From: an uncultured Trueperaceae bacterium
GTDB lineage: Bacteria; Deinococcota; Deinococci; Deinococcales; Trueperaceae
Length of the DNA stretch: 64,000 nt
Direction of reading: 5' to 3'
Assembly (NCBI GenBank): GCA_963727505.1
Contig: CAVSGP010000004.1
Coordinates: forward strand, 1,014,598-1,078,597
Part shown: positions 1-9,900 of the stretch, piece by piece
Numbering within the stretch: the stretch's first letter is position 1
Layout: the number at the start of each line of letters is the position of its first letter
Program-made: the position numbers and the translations under genes
Notes under the pieces: model-generated
Database searches by the model: none
The model's input: only the letters and a program-made list of their open reading frames with translations
Told to the model about the DNA's origin: nothing

Positions 1-892
1 CGGTGGCAGTGCGGAAGGCGACCACGTCGTCGTGGCTGGGCAGTCCGGCGCGCGCACCGAAGGCGCGGCACGCCATCGCCGCCGCCGTAGCCGCGTAACG
101 GGCGGCCTCCTCGGCGGATGCGCGCCGCGCGATAGCGGCGGCGTACGCGCCGTGAAACACATCGCCCGCGCCGGTGGTGTCCACCGCCTCGACGCGCGGG
201 GCGGACACGTGCAGGGTGTGCTGACCCTCCAGCAGCAGCACCCCCTCCGCACCCAGGGTGATCCCCACCACCTGATCGGGGCGCCGCCGCAGGCGCGGCA
301 ACGCCGCCTCGGGGTCGTCCCGGCCGATCAGCTCCTGCGCGCACTCGCGCGCCACCAGCAGATGATCGGCCAGGCCGGCATCCTCCCAGTGGCGGAGGTT
401 GCCGTAGTCGGCAACGACGGGGACGTTGCCGGCGCGGGCGGCCTCGGCGGCGGCGCGGCACAGGCGAGGATGCCTCAGGTCAACGAGCACCGCCCCGGTC
501 CCTTCGAGGAAACCGGCCGGCAGGTGGGAGGGGTCGTCCTCGAGCCCGCTCCCGCGGTAGGGGAAGATCCACCGTTCCCCGTCGGGCGCCACCAGCACGG
601 CGCTGACGAACGTGCGCGCGCCGGGCAGCCGGTGCACGCCGGAGACGTCCACCCCATGCGCCTCGAGATCGACGAGGGCGGTGCTGCCGGCAGCGTCGTC
701 GCCGTGGAGCGCCACCAACGCGGCGGCCACCCCGAGGTGCGCGGCCGCCGCGGCGGCCGTGGCGGCCGGCCCACCTCCCTGCGTCCGGTAGGCAGTGGCG
801 TCGGTGCGCGAGTGGACCGGCGGGAAGCGCTCGACCCGCCACACGTGATCCAGACACGACAAACCGACACACACCACACGCGGCCCACTCAC
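1..892 (-). CDS. PfkB-family sugar kinase, YihV (sulfofructose kinase)-like; runs off the window at its C-terminus
   Basis: Hand-translated; not in the ORF track because no stop falls in the window. GTG at 892 overlaps the upstream TGA (GTGA). Reads VSGPRVVCVGLSCLDHVWRVERFP...QGGGPAATAA...VDTTGAGDVFHGAYA, containing both PfkB signatures. Confidence 0.92.
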   Translation of the reverse strand, partial: MSGPRVVCVGLSCLDHVWRVERFPPVHSRTDATAYRTQGGGPAATAAAAAAHLGVAAALVALHGDDAAGSTALVDLEAHGVDVSGVHRLPGARTFVSAVLVAPDGERWIFPYRGSGLEDDPSHLPAGFLEGTGAVLVDLRHPRLCRAAAEAARAGNVPVVADYGNLRHWEDAGLADHLLVARECAQELIGRDDPEAALPRLRRRPDQVVGITLGAEGVLLLEGQHTLHVSAPRVEAVDTTGAGDVFHGAYAAAIARRASAEEAARYAATAAAMACRAFGARAGLPSHDDVVAFRTAT

Positions 893-2292
893 GAGCGCAG
901 ATAGGACGCCGGGGGCAGCGCCGGCAGGACGTCCGCACCGAGGTAGGCGCAAAGCTCGTAGAGCGCTTCCACCCGGTCGCCGCGACCGAAGGCGAGGTGG
1001 TGCGGCAACCGCCTGTCGAGCAAGTTGGCGACGAAGGCGCGCACATCGACGGGGCTCTCACCCCAGCGTAGTCCTCCGATCCAACCGCGGACGCCGTCGT
1101 AGCCCACCTTCTCCTCGCGGCGTACCTCGCCGCCGACGATGACGGCGCGCCCCCCGGAGCTCAGCAGCCGGAAACCGGTCACGGGACCGGCCCGCAGGCG
1201 CATGTCGCGCACGACGCCGGTGCCGTCGCGGTTGAAGTGCGTGGTGAGACGGGTGTCGGGACCCCCCGAAGGTCCCGGCGCCGCCCACGCCACGGGCGCG
1301 TTGCCGCAGTGCCAGACCTGGAGGCTGTCGTCGGCCTCGTCCACGTCGGAGAGGTCCATGAGGATGGCGGGGTCGCCGCTGACGCCCTGCAGCGCGAGCA
1401 TCGACAGCGCTCCCATCACGTCCCCCTCGCAGGCGGCGGGCACCTCGCGGCCGCTGGAGTCCCCCATCGCGGCGCATGCCATCGAATCGCAGGTGTCCGG
1501 CACCTCCGGCCAGCACCGCACGGCCAGTGCCGTTGCTCCCGTCTCCTCGGCCAGCCTCTCGAGGGCGGCGTCGATCCGCGCGCCTCGGACGAGCTGCTCG
1601 AACGATACGTCCGCGCGCTCGCGCTCCTGCCAGCCGCGAGCCCGCGCCTCGGCCTCGGCTTCCGGCACCGCCGCCACGCGCTCGAACAGCGCCGCCAGGT
1701 CGCGCGCGACGACCTCGACCCCCTCGAAGGCGGGCGCCTCCTGGAGTCCGTAGAAGCCCGGCGCGGTGCCACCGATCGCCAGGATGCGGGCGCTGTGCAC
1801 CGCAGCCAGACCGCGAAGGGCACCTATCGTGGCCGCGAACCGTCGCCCGAACTCCGGGTCGTCGGGCAGGCCGTAGAACCACTTGACGGGCTCGGACTTG
1901 GCGACCTGGGGCGCGTCCAGCAGCGAGAGCGTCATGTTCAGGCCGCACAGCGAGTTGAGCGGCAAGGGCCCCTCGCGCCAACCGCCCGCCCGCTCCGGCA
2001 CGCCCCACAGGCCGACCCGCTCGGCGGCCGCGAGCAGGGGCGCGACCACGTCGCCGGTCGCGAACGTGGTGAGCTGCACCAGCAGGTAATCGAGGCCCTC
2101 TTCGGCGAGCACGCGGGCCGCTCGCGCGGCCTCGGGCGCGTCCCGCACCGCCTGCACAGGCGCGACCAGCTCGAAGCCGAGCCGCTCCGCCAGCCTCTCC
2201 ATACCTTCGAGGCTGCGGCGCGCAGCCGCTGCGCTGTCCCCCTTGAAGGCGGGCCGCGTCACCGAGACGAACCCGATACGGGGTCGGATCAT
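889..2292 (-). CDS. L-fucose/L-arabinose isomerase-family protein (candidate sulfoquinovose isomerase)
   Basis: Motifs LNSLCG, AVRCWPE, ACEGDV and WHCG, plus C-terminal PHH, typical of FucI/AraA-like isomerases; lies in a sugar operon. Confidence 0.85.
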   Translation of the reverse strand: MIRPRIGFVSVTRPAFKGDSAAAARRSLEGMERLAERLGFELVAPVQAVRDAPEAARAARVLAEEGLDYLLVQLTTFATGDVVAPLLAAAERVGLWGVPERAGGWREGPLPLNSLCGLNMTLSLLDAPQVAKSEPVKWFYGLPDDPEFGRRFAATIGALRGLAAVHSARILAIGGTAPGFYGLQEAPAFEGVEVVARDLAALFERVAAVPEAEAEARARGWQERERADVSFEQLVRGARIDAALERLAEETGATALAVRCWPEVPDTCDSMACAAMGDSSGREVPAACEGDVMGALSMLALQGVSGDPAILMDLSDVDEADDSLQVWHCGNAPVAWAAPGPSGGPDTRLTTHFNRDGTGVVRDMRLRAGPVTGFRLLSSGGRAVIVGGEVRREEKVGYDGVRGWIGGLRWGESPVDVRAFVANLLDRRLPHHLAFGRGDRVEALYELCAYLGADVLPALPPASYLRS

Positions 2293-2299
2293 CGCTGGA

Positions 2300-3232
2300 T
2301 CATCCTTTGACTCCTCCGGCGGTGAGACCGCTGATGATGCGCTGCTGGAAGAACAGGATGAGCAGCACGAGGGGGACGATCCCCAGGGTGACGGCGGCCG
2401 AGATCACCGCCCAGGGGAAGGCGAACTCGCCCTGGTAGAGGGTGATGCCGACGGGAATGGTTCGCATGGTGGTGGCGGTGTTGAACGTCAGCGCCAGCAG
2501 GAACTCGTTCCAGGAGTTGACGAACGCGATGATGCCCGCCGTCACGATACCGGGCGCCGACAACGGGGCCACGATGCGGACGAGCGCGCCCAGCCGGCTG
2601 GCGCCGTCCACCGTGGCCGCCGACTCCAGGTCCTCCGGGATGAGCTGGAAGAAGCTCGTCAGGATCAGGGTGGTGATCGGCAGGCTCAGGGCGACGTAGG
2701 GGATGATCAGTGCCCAGTAGGTGTTGAGCAGGTTCGGCGTCATGACGGTGGTCGGGAGGAAGCTCCACCCCATGGCGTGCAGGTACGCCACGACCTGACT
2801 GAGGCCGGGGACCTCGACGCCTACGAACAGGCGGTAGAGCGGGACCAGCATGACGAGCGCCGGGAACATGCTCGTCATCACGATGGCCGTGAGCAGGGCG
2901 CGGCGGCCGCGCAACCTCAGCCGTGCAAGGGCATACCCTGCCAGGGACGCAAAGAGCACACAGATGAGCGTGGCGACGATGGATACCACCGCCGAGTTCA
3001 ACAGGAACCGGCCGAACGGATTCTGGGTGAACACGTCGACGTAGTTGTGCAGGATCGGATGCTGCGGCAGATAGGTGATCGGGATGCGGGTGAGCTCGTT
3101 CTCCGACTTGAACGACGTCAGCACCAGCCACACCGCCGGGAACAAACCGTTGAGGAGCATCAACAGCAGACCGAGGCGCACGAAGACGTAGCCGATCCGC
3201 TGCTGGGAAGTCCGTCGCGCTGCCCCGTTCAT
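2300..3232 (-). CDS. Carbohydrate ABC transporter permease (MalG-like)
   Basis: EAA loop IPEDLESAATVDGA, WNEFL and C-terminal GLTAGGVKG. Start chosen at the ATG overlapping the upstream stop (ATGA). Confidence 0.93.
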   Translation of the reverse strand: MNGAARRTSQQRIGYVFVRLGLLLMLLNGLFPAVWLVLTSFKSENELTRIPITYLPQHPILHNYVDVFTQNPFGRFLLNSAVVSIVATLICVLFASLAGYALARLRLRGRRALLTAIVMTSMFPALVMLVPLYRLFVGVEVPGLSQVVAYLHAMGWSFLPTTVMTPNLLNTYWALIIPYVALSLPITTLILTSFFQLIPEDLESAATVDGASRLGALVRIVAPLSAPGIVTAGIIAFVNSWNEFLLALTFNTATTMRTIPVGITLYQGEFAFPWAVISAAVTLGIVPLVLLILFFQQRIISGLTAGGVKG

Positions 3233-4350
3233 TCGGTGTAGATCCATCGCAGGTAGATGAGGGTAACGGTCAGGCTGATCACGAACAACACCACCGACAG
3301 CGCCGCCGCATAACCGATGTTGAGGGCCAGCGTGCTGTTGTAGATGTACACGCCTAGCGTCTCCAGACTACGACCCGGGCCGCCGCGCGTCATCGCGAAC
3401 GGGATGTCGAAGGTCTGGATGGCCGTGAGCGTCCGGAAGATCAGGGCGACGGCGATCGAGGGCCGCAGAAGCGGCAACGTGATGCGCCAGAACCGCTGCC
3501 ATGCGTTGGCGCCGTCGACCACGGCGGCCTCGTAGAGGCTGGCATCGATCGACTGAAGGCCGGCCAGGAGGATGAGGCCGACGAAGGAGGACGTCTTCCA
3601 GACGATGGTGAGGTTCACGGCCGCGATCGCGGGTGCCACGCGCGCCAGCCACAGCGGGCCTTGGATGCCGAGATGCCTGAGCACGTCGTTGATGACGCCG
3701 TACTGGTTCTGGAACAACCACGCAAAGGTGAGTCCGGCGAACACCCGCGGCATCGCCCAGGGGAGCAGCAAGGAGACGCGGCCGAGCCAACGGAGTCGCG
3801 ACTCGACGTTGGCGAGCAGGGCCAGCGGCAGGCCGACCACGAACGAGCCGATCACGCTCGCGACGAGGATCACCATCGTGATCGAGAAGGAGTCCCAGAA
3901 GCGGCTGTCCGTCCAGCGGCCGTCGGGACCGGGATGGAAGCCGAGCACATAGATCGAGAGCATGGCCAGGACCAGACCGAGGACCGCACCGGTCAACGGC
4001 GAGAGCCAGCGCCGGCGCACGACCCAGATCAGCGGCGCCAGCAGAGCGACTCCGACCAACCGTAGCCACAGCAGGTGCGAGAGGTTCCACGTCAGCCCCT
4101 CCCCCCAAAGCATCCGCCGGAAGTTCTCGAACCCGATGAAGGGCGTGCCGCGGAAGGGCTGGTTGAGCCGGTTGAAATGCAGCGACTGCCACACCACCGA
4201 GATCATGGGGTAGAGCATCACCGCGGCCAGGGTCAGCAATGCGGGCAGGAGGAAGAGGATGCCCAACTGGGCGTCCGACAGGTTGCCGGTCCGCAGCCTC
4301 CGCCAGAAGCCGGGCTTGCGATAGGGGGTGGTGGAACGGGGTTCGATCAT
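3229..4350 (-). CDS. Carbohydrate ABC transporter permease (MalF-like)
   Basis: FIGFENF, LYEAAVVDGA EAA loop, TRGGPG and multiple TM segments. Confidence 0.93.
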   Translation of the reverse strand: MIEPRSTTPYRKPGFWRRLRTGNLSDAQLGILFLLPALLTLAAVMLYPMISVVWQSLHFNRLNQPFRGTPFIGFENFRRMLWGEGLTWNLSHLLWLRLVGVALLAPLIWVVRRRWLSPLTGAVLGLVLAMLSIYVLGFHPGPDGRWTDSRFWDSFSITMVILVASVIGSFVVGLPLALLANVESRLRWLGRVSLLLPWAMPRVFAGLTFAWLFQNQYGVINDVLRHLGIQGPLWLARVAPAIAAVNLTIVWKTSSFVGLILLAGLQSIDASLYEAAVVDGANAWQRFWRITLPLLRPSIAVALIFRTLTAIQTFDIPFAMTRGGPGRSLETLGVYIYNSTLALNIGYAAALSVVLFVISLTVTLIYLRWIYTE

Positions 4351-4376
4351 GAGTAGATACAGGGTGTCAGATCGGT

Positions 4377-4403
4377 GGGGTGGGGCGACGGGCGCCCCAC
4401 CCC
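4377..4403. other. Intergenic hairpin between binding-protein gene and permease (possible mRNA stabiliser or partial terminator)
   Basis: GGGGTGGGGCG-acggg-CGCCCCACCCC, 11-bp perfect stem. Confidence 0.6.
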
Positions 4404-4429
4404 CGAGATTCGATCGGGGAACGGATCCC

Positions 4430-5695
4430 CTACTGGGACAGGATGTCCTGCAGTCCTGTCTGCATCTTCTTGAGCGTCTGATCGACGGTCAGCGACCGAG
4501 CGAAGAAGGCGTTCATGGTGGTCCGGATCAGGTTGCTGACGTCGGGATAGAGCGGCGTCACCGGCCTGGGCCGAGCGTTGATGATGACGTCGTAGAACTG
4601 CGAGAACTGCGGGGCCGCCTCGAGCACCGCCGGATCCTTGTAGAGGGACTTCCGCGCCGGGATGTTGCTGGCCTTCACCGCCAGCGTGCGCTGGCTGTCC
4701 TCGCTCGCCAGGAAGCGCATCAGCTTGAAGGCGTCCTGCTTGTGCGCGCTGTAGGGGTTCATCGCCCACTGCCAGCCCCCGACGCACGTCGCAGAAGAAT
4801 TGCCCTGGAAGGCGGGCAGCGGCGCCACGCCGACCTTGCCCTTGACGGCGCTGTCCTTGTCGGCCTGGAAGTGCGCCCACGCGTAGCCCCAGTTCAGCAT
4901 GAACACCACGTCGCCGGACTGGAACATCTTACGGGAGTCGTCGGTCCCGACCGAAGCGATGTCAGGGATGGTGATGCCCGACGAGAGCGTCTCGTTGTAC
5001 CAGTCGAGCGCCTGCTTGCCGGCCGCCGTGTCGACGGTGATGTTGCCGTTGGCGTCGCGCCAGTTGCCGCCTGCCGTCCACAGCGCCTCGAGGAAGGTGC
5101 AGTTGGTGCCCTCGATGGCGGCGCCCTGGTAGTTGAAGCCCTGGAGCCTGGGGTTGTTCTCCCCCTTCATGATGGTGAGCGCTTCGCTCTTCAGCTCTTC
5201 CCAGGTCTTGGGCGGCTTGAGACCGTACTTGTCGAGCAGGTCCTTGCGGTAGTAGAGGAACTGCGCGTCGGTGAAGGCGGGGACGGCGTACAGCTTGCCG
5301 TTCACCGTATCGGCGTTGACCGGGCCGGGCAGGAACGACGCGAGGTAGGTCTTCTCCGCGTCGGGGCTCGCGAAGTAGCTGTTGAGCGGCTCGGCCCAGC
5401 CCGAGGCTGCGTACTGCGCGGGCCGCACGACGTCGATGAGCATCACGTCGATCGCCGACGACTTGCTGGTGAGCACGGTGCTCAGGTACTGCTGCTGTAC
5501 ATCACTGGTCGCACCGCCCACCTCGAAGGTGGCGTGCATGTCGGGGTTCTCGGCGTTGAACTTGTCGAGCAGGGGCCCGATCACGTCGGGTCGCTGCTGA
5601 CCGCCGATGAAGACCTTGAGATTCACCTGGGCGGCGCCGGTCGCGAGCAGCGCGGCGAACGCCAGGGCGAGCAGGATGCGGGTGAGTCGGTTCAT
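4430..5695 (-). CDS. Sugar ABC substrate-binding protein, SmoF (sulfoquinovose/SQ-glyceride binding)-like
   Basis: Signal peptide MNRLTRILLALAFAALLATGAA, GGAGG RBS upstream, and LYYRKDLL / PPKTWEEL motifs. The track's extension to 6895 overlaps the LacI gene. Confidence 0.9.
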   Translation of the reverse strand: MNRLTRILLALAFAALLATGAAQVNLKVFIGGQQRPDVIGPLLDKFNAENPDMHATFEVGGATSDVQQQYLSTVLTSKSSAIDVMLIDVVRPAQYAASGWAEPLNSYFASPDAEKTYLASFLPGPVNADTVNGKLYAVPAFTDAQFLYYRKDLLDKYGLKPPKTWEELKSEALTIMKGENNPRLQGFNYQGAAIEGTNCTFLEALWTAGGNWRDANGNITVDTAAGKQALDWYNETLSSGITIPDIASVGTDDSRKMFQSGDVVFMLNWGYAWAHFQADKDSAVKGKVGVAPLPAFQGNSSATCVGGWQWAMNPYSAHKQDAFKLMRFLASEDSQRTLAVKASNIPARKSLYKDPAVLEAAPQFSQFYDVIINARPRPVTPLYPDVSNLIRTTMNAFFARSLTVDQTLKKMQTGLQDILSQ

Positions 5696-5742
5696 GATTA
5701 CCTCCGGAATCGTCTTGGGTCGTTGGCGAACGGACGGGTCGT

Positions 5743-6777
5743 CTACGCAGGCGGCACCTCCATCGTGGCGGGGGGACCCGTGCTGTCTCGGACGATGAGC
5801 TGGGTCGCCAGCCGGACCGACTGGACGGACCCGCCGGCCATCAGGGTGAGAAGCGCGTCGAAGGCCATCTCGCCAAGGCGGCGTGTCGCCTGCCGGACCG
5901 AGGTGAGGGCGGGGCGGGCCACGGCGGCGAGCGGCGTGTCGTCGAAGCCGACCACCGAGACGTCGCCGGGTACGCAACGGCCCGCCGCCGCAAGGGCGCG
6001 CAACGCCCCCAGAGCGACCAGGTCGTTGTTCGCGAGCACGGCCTCGAAGCGCGTTCCGCCGGCGATCAGGCGCGCGCAGGCCTCGGCGCCGCCCGTGCGA
6101 CTGTCGTCGGTGGGCACCAGCAGCGAGCGGTCGGCCACCAGCCCGAAGGTCTCGACTCCGGTCCGGTAGGCACGGATGCGCCGTTCGGCGTAGCGCGAGC
6201 CGCGGGGCCCGCTCAGGAACGCCACCCGTCGTAGACCGAGCTGCTCGAGGTGCGCCAGCGCCTGCCACACCCCGGCGCGCTCGTTGCTGCCGATGCTCAC
6301 CGCGTCGAGGCTTCGCGGGCCGGCATGGATGGCGACCACCGGATAACGAGCGGTGATCAGGCGATTGAGGCCGTCGACGTCGTCGTCGGTCACGCTGGAT
6401 CCGAGCACGAGCAGGCCGTCGACACGACCCTCGCGCAGCCACAGCGTGAAGTCGGGACGGGGCGCCGTTGAGAGGAGCAGCGGGAAGCCTGCCTCCTCGG
6501 CCCGGCTGGTGACGCCGAGCAGGAGCTCGCTGAAGTAGGGGTTGGCGAAGACGAGTTCGGAGCTCCGGGGAAGCATCAATCCGACGGCCTGCGCCCTGCG
6601 GCGGGTCAGCGCCCGGGCTGCGGCGTCGGGACGGTAGCCAAGCGTGTCGGCGAGCTCCCGGACGCGCGTACGGGTGGCCGCGGCGATCTGGGGGTCGTCC
6701 CGCAACGCACGCGACACCGTGGAACGGGCCAACCCCAGCCGCTCGGAGAGGTCCTTCAGAGTGAGCTTGCGCCTCAC
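5743..6777 (-). CDS. LacI-family transcriptional regulator
   Basis: HTH TLKDLSERLGLARSTVSRAL, hinge YRPDAAARAL, and VSVVGFDD / LTSVRQ. Confidence 0.95.
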   Translation of the reverse strand: MRRKLTLKDLSERLGLARSTVSRALRDDPQIAAATRTRVRELADTLGYRPDAAARALTRRRAQAVGLMLPRSSELVFANPYFSELLLGVTSRAEEAGFPLLLSTAPRPDFTLWLREGRVDGLLVLGSSVTDDDVDGLNRLITARYPVVAIHAGPRSLDAVSIGSNERAGVWQALAHLEQLGLRRVAFLSGPRGSRYAERRIRAYRTGVETFGLVADRSLLVPTDDSRTGGAEACARLIAGGTRFEAVLANNDLVALGALRALAAAGRCVPGDVSVVGFDDTPLAAVARPALTSVRQATRRLGEMAFDALLTLMAGGSVQSVRLATQLIVRDSTGPPATMEVPPA

Positions 6778-6848
6778 ACTCGACCGCCCGTCTCCCCGCC
6801 CCGATCGGCCCACGACGCGCGGCCCTCAGGGACGATGCGGAAGCTACT

Positions 6849-6864
6849 TCGCAACCGGTTGCGA
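6849..6864. promoter_or_regulatory. Putative LacI-family operator
   Basis: Perfect 16-bp palindrome TCGCAACCGGTTGCGA with a central CG, about 70 bp upstream of the LacI start. Confidence 0.75.
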
Positions 6865-6921
6865 CAACGGTAGCACAGCCCCCAGGGCCCCGCAAGAGCG
6901 CCGAAGCGCGGCTCGCCCGGG

Positions 6922-9900
6922 TTACAGCGCGCCCTGTGCCTGAAGCCGGCGCGCCACCTCGTCGGGGGCGAGCGGAGGAGCGAAGAGGTAGCCCTGGCCG
7001 TAGTCGCAGCCCAGCTCGAGGAGCGTCTCGAGCTCCTCTTCGCGCTCGATACCCTCGGCCACCGCGTCGATTCCGAGGCTCCGGGCGAGCCCGACGATGG
7101 TGCTCACCACGTCCCTGTTAGCCGCGTCGGCGTCGATCCCTCGCACGAAGGAGCCGTCGATCTTGAGCGAGTCGATGGGGAGACGCTGGAGGTACTTCAG
7201 CGAGGAGAAGCCGGTGCCGAAGTCGTCCACCTGGACCCGCACGCCCATCCGATGAAGGCTCGTGAGCGCCTCGGCAGCGGCCTCCGGATAGCTCATCAGG
7301 GCGCCTTCGCTGATCTCGAGCTTGAGACTGGAAGCCGGCGCGCCCGCCTCCTCCAGAGCAGCTCGCAGCATCGTGTCCATGTCCTGCAGCGCGAGGTGCC
7401 GGGCCGACACGTTGACACTGACCACGGGGGGCGGCACGCTCCCGTCCAGCTCGCGTGCCCAGGTCGCGAGCTGACGCGTCGCCTGGCCGAGCACCCAGCG
7501 ATCGATCGCGACGATCTGGCCCGACTCCTCGGCCAGCGGCACGAACTCCGACGGAGGGACGAGCCCGCGCTCCGGGTGCTGCCAGCGCACCAGCGCCTCG
7601 ACGCCCACCAGGCGGCGTTCTCGCAACTGGTAGACGGGCTGGTACTCGAGGAACAGCTCGTTGCGATCGGGCGCACGGTGGAGGCTGGTCTCCAGCTGCA
7701 TCTGCCCGAGCGCGCGGGCGTGCATGCCCTTGTCGAAGATCGCGAAGCGCGCCTTGCCCGACGCCTTGGCGCGGTACATGGCGATGTCGGCGTCGCGCAG
7801 CAGTTCCTGAGGATCGCGGTAGTGGGGCGCGGAGAAGGCGATCCCGATCGAAGCACTCGTGAAGATGTCGTGACCGTGCAACGTGAACGGCTCGGCGAGA
7901 GCGCTCTGGATGCGCGTGGCGGTCGCGGTCGCGTGGTCGGGGCCGTCGACGTCCTCGATGAGCACGCAGAACTCGTCTCCTCCCAGCCGGGCCACTGTGT
8001 CGGAACCGCGCACGCAGGTCTTGAGGCGCACGGCCAGGGCCTTGAGCAACTCGTCGCCGGCGTTGTGGCCGAGGCTGTCGTTGACGACCTTGAAGCGGTC
8101 GAGATCCAGGAAGAGCAGCGCGAAGTGCCAGGACTCGTTGCGGGCGGCGCGCGACAGGGCCTGGCGCAGGCGGTCGAGCAGGAGCACGCGGTTGGCCAGG
8201 CTGGTCAGCTCGTCGAACAGCGCACCCTGCACCAGGCGTTCCTCGATGCGTTTGCGCTCGGTGATGTCGCGCGACGACGTCACGAAGTTGACCACCTCTC
8301 CCCGCTCATCACGCACACTCTGGGCGACGGTCTCGAGCCACACGTAGCGACCGTCGGCGCGCCGGAAACGGTACCCGACCTGGACCGACTCCTGTCCCTC
8401 CAACAGGCGCTGCCGTCCACCCTTGCGCACCCGGTCGCGGTCCTCCTCGTGGATCAGCGTGAAGGGGTCGATCCCCACGAGCGCGTCCGGGGCGTAACCG
8501 AGAACGGTGGTCGCCGATGGGCTGACGTAGACGCAGCGCCCCGCAGGGTCGTGCAGACAGACCAGGTCCTGCATATGCTCGGCGAGCAGGCGGAAACGCT
8601 GCTCGCTCTGTCGGACGACCCCGTAGAGGCGGCCGCGTTCCGCCGCCACCCCGAGCTGTTCGCCCAGGGCCCGCAGCATCCGGAGGTCCTCGTCGGCCGA
8701 GCCGGCGGCGCGGCCCTCCGCCACAAGCACGCCCACCACACCGTCGCCCGCCACGAGCGGGACCGCTGCCTGCCACGGAGCCGCGACCGGCGCCCCGCCG
8801 ACACCGGTCGCTTCGTCGTTTGCGCCGCCTCCGATGAGGAGCGGCTCACCAGTCTCGGCCACGCGGGAGGCGACTTGCGTCACCTCACCGAGCGCGTTTC
8901 GCGCCGACGCGCTCTCGTAGCCGAGCTGATGCTGCAACACCAGCTCGCCCCCGACCCATGCGAACAGACCCACCCTGCGGTACCCCAGCACCTCCACTGT
9001 TGCCGATGCCGCAGCGGCGAACACCGCCTGCAGGTCGAGCTCGCTGGCGACCGCGCCACGGACCCGATCGAGCAGCGTCAATTCGGCCGCCTGGCGCTTC
9101 GCGGCCTCGAACAACGATCGGTACTCGGCGGCCTGGCCACGGCTCTGTTCCACCAGAGCCAGCCGGTCGAGCGCGTTGCCGCAGGCCAGCGCGATGGCCT
9201 CGAGGAAGCCCGTGTCCTCGCGCTCGAAGCTGCGGCTCCCCGCCTGGGCCAGCGCGCTCACGACGCCGACGATCTCGCCCTCGCCGTTGCGCAGGGGCGT
9301 GCCCAGGAAGGCCACCGGCCGCGGGGCCCCGGACGGGACCGGCACATCGGTCAGGCCGGCGGCGTCGCGCACGCCGACCGTCCGGCCCTCGTCGACCACT
9401 TGCCAGGCAAGCCCGCCCTCGCCCCGCGTCACCGGGTGCCCGCCCACCGGGTAGGCGTCCCGACCGCCGTCCGCCCGGCTCCCGACCCGCCGCAACACGT
9501 CGGCCTCCACGTCGATGAGGTAGAGGTCGCACACGTCGGCACGTGTCATCTCCAGCACGGCCTTGAGGGCACGCATGACGACATCGCGACGGCGCGTGGC
9601 CCCACGCAGCGCCTCGCTGGCGCTCACCACGGCCTCGAGCTTGGCGAGCTGCCACTCGCGCTGCTCGGCGTCGTGCTGGCGCACCAGCGCGAGCTCGATG
9701 CTGTTGGAGAGCTGTGCGAGCGTGTCCCGGACGTGGCCGTCGAAGGTACGCGGCTCGTAAGCGCAGAACACGATCATCCCCCACGGCTGCCCCCGCAGCA
9801 TCAGGGGTTGAGCCGCGTAGGCGGCCACCGGACCGTCGTCGTGCTCGCGGAAGCGCGGCCGAGGGTCGGTCTCGAGCGACGCCAGCGGGCCCCGTGTCCC

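Noticed and set aside
32..904. 290 aa + strand ORF
   Set aside because: Antisense shadow of the minus-strand PfkB kinase, which has clear family motifs.
4328..6895. 613 aa + ORF and the 400 aa N-terminal extension of the SBP ORF
   Set aside because: Overlap the SBP and LacI genes; low-complexity Arg/Gly/Pro GC-bias artefacts.
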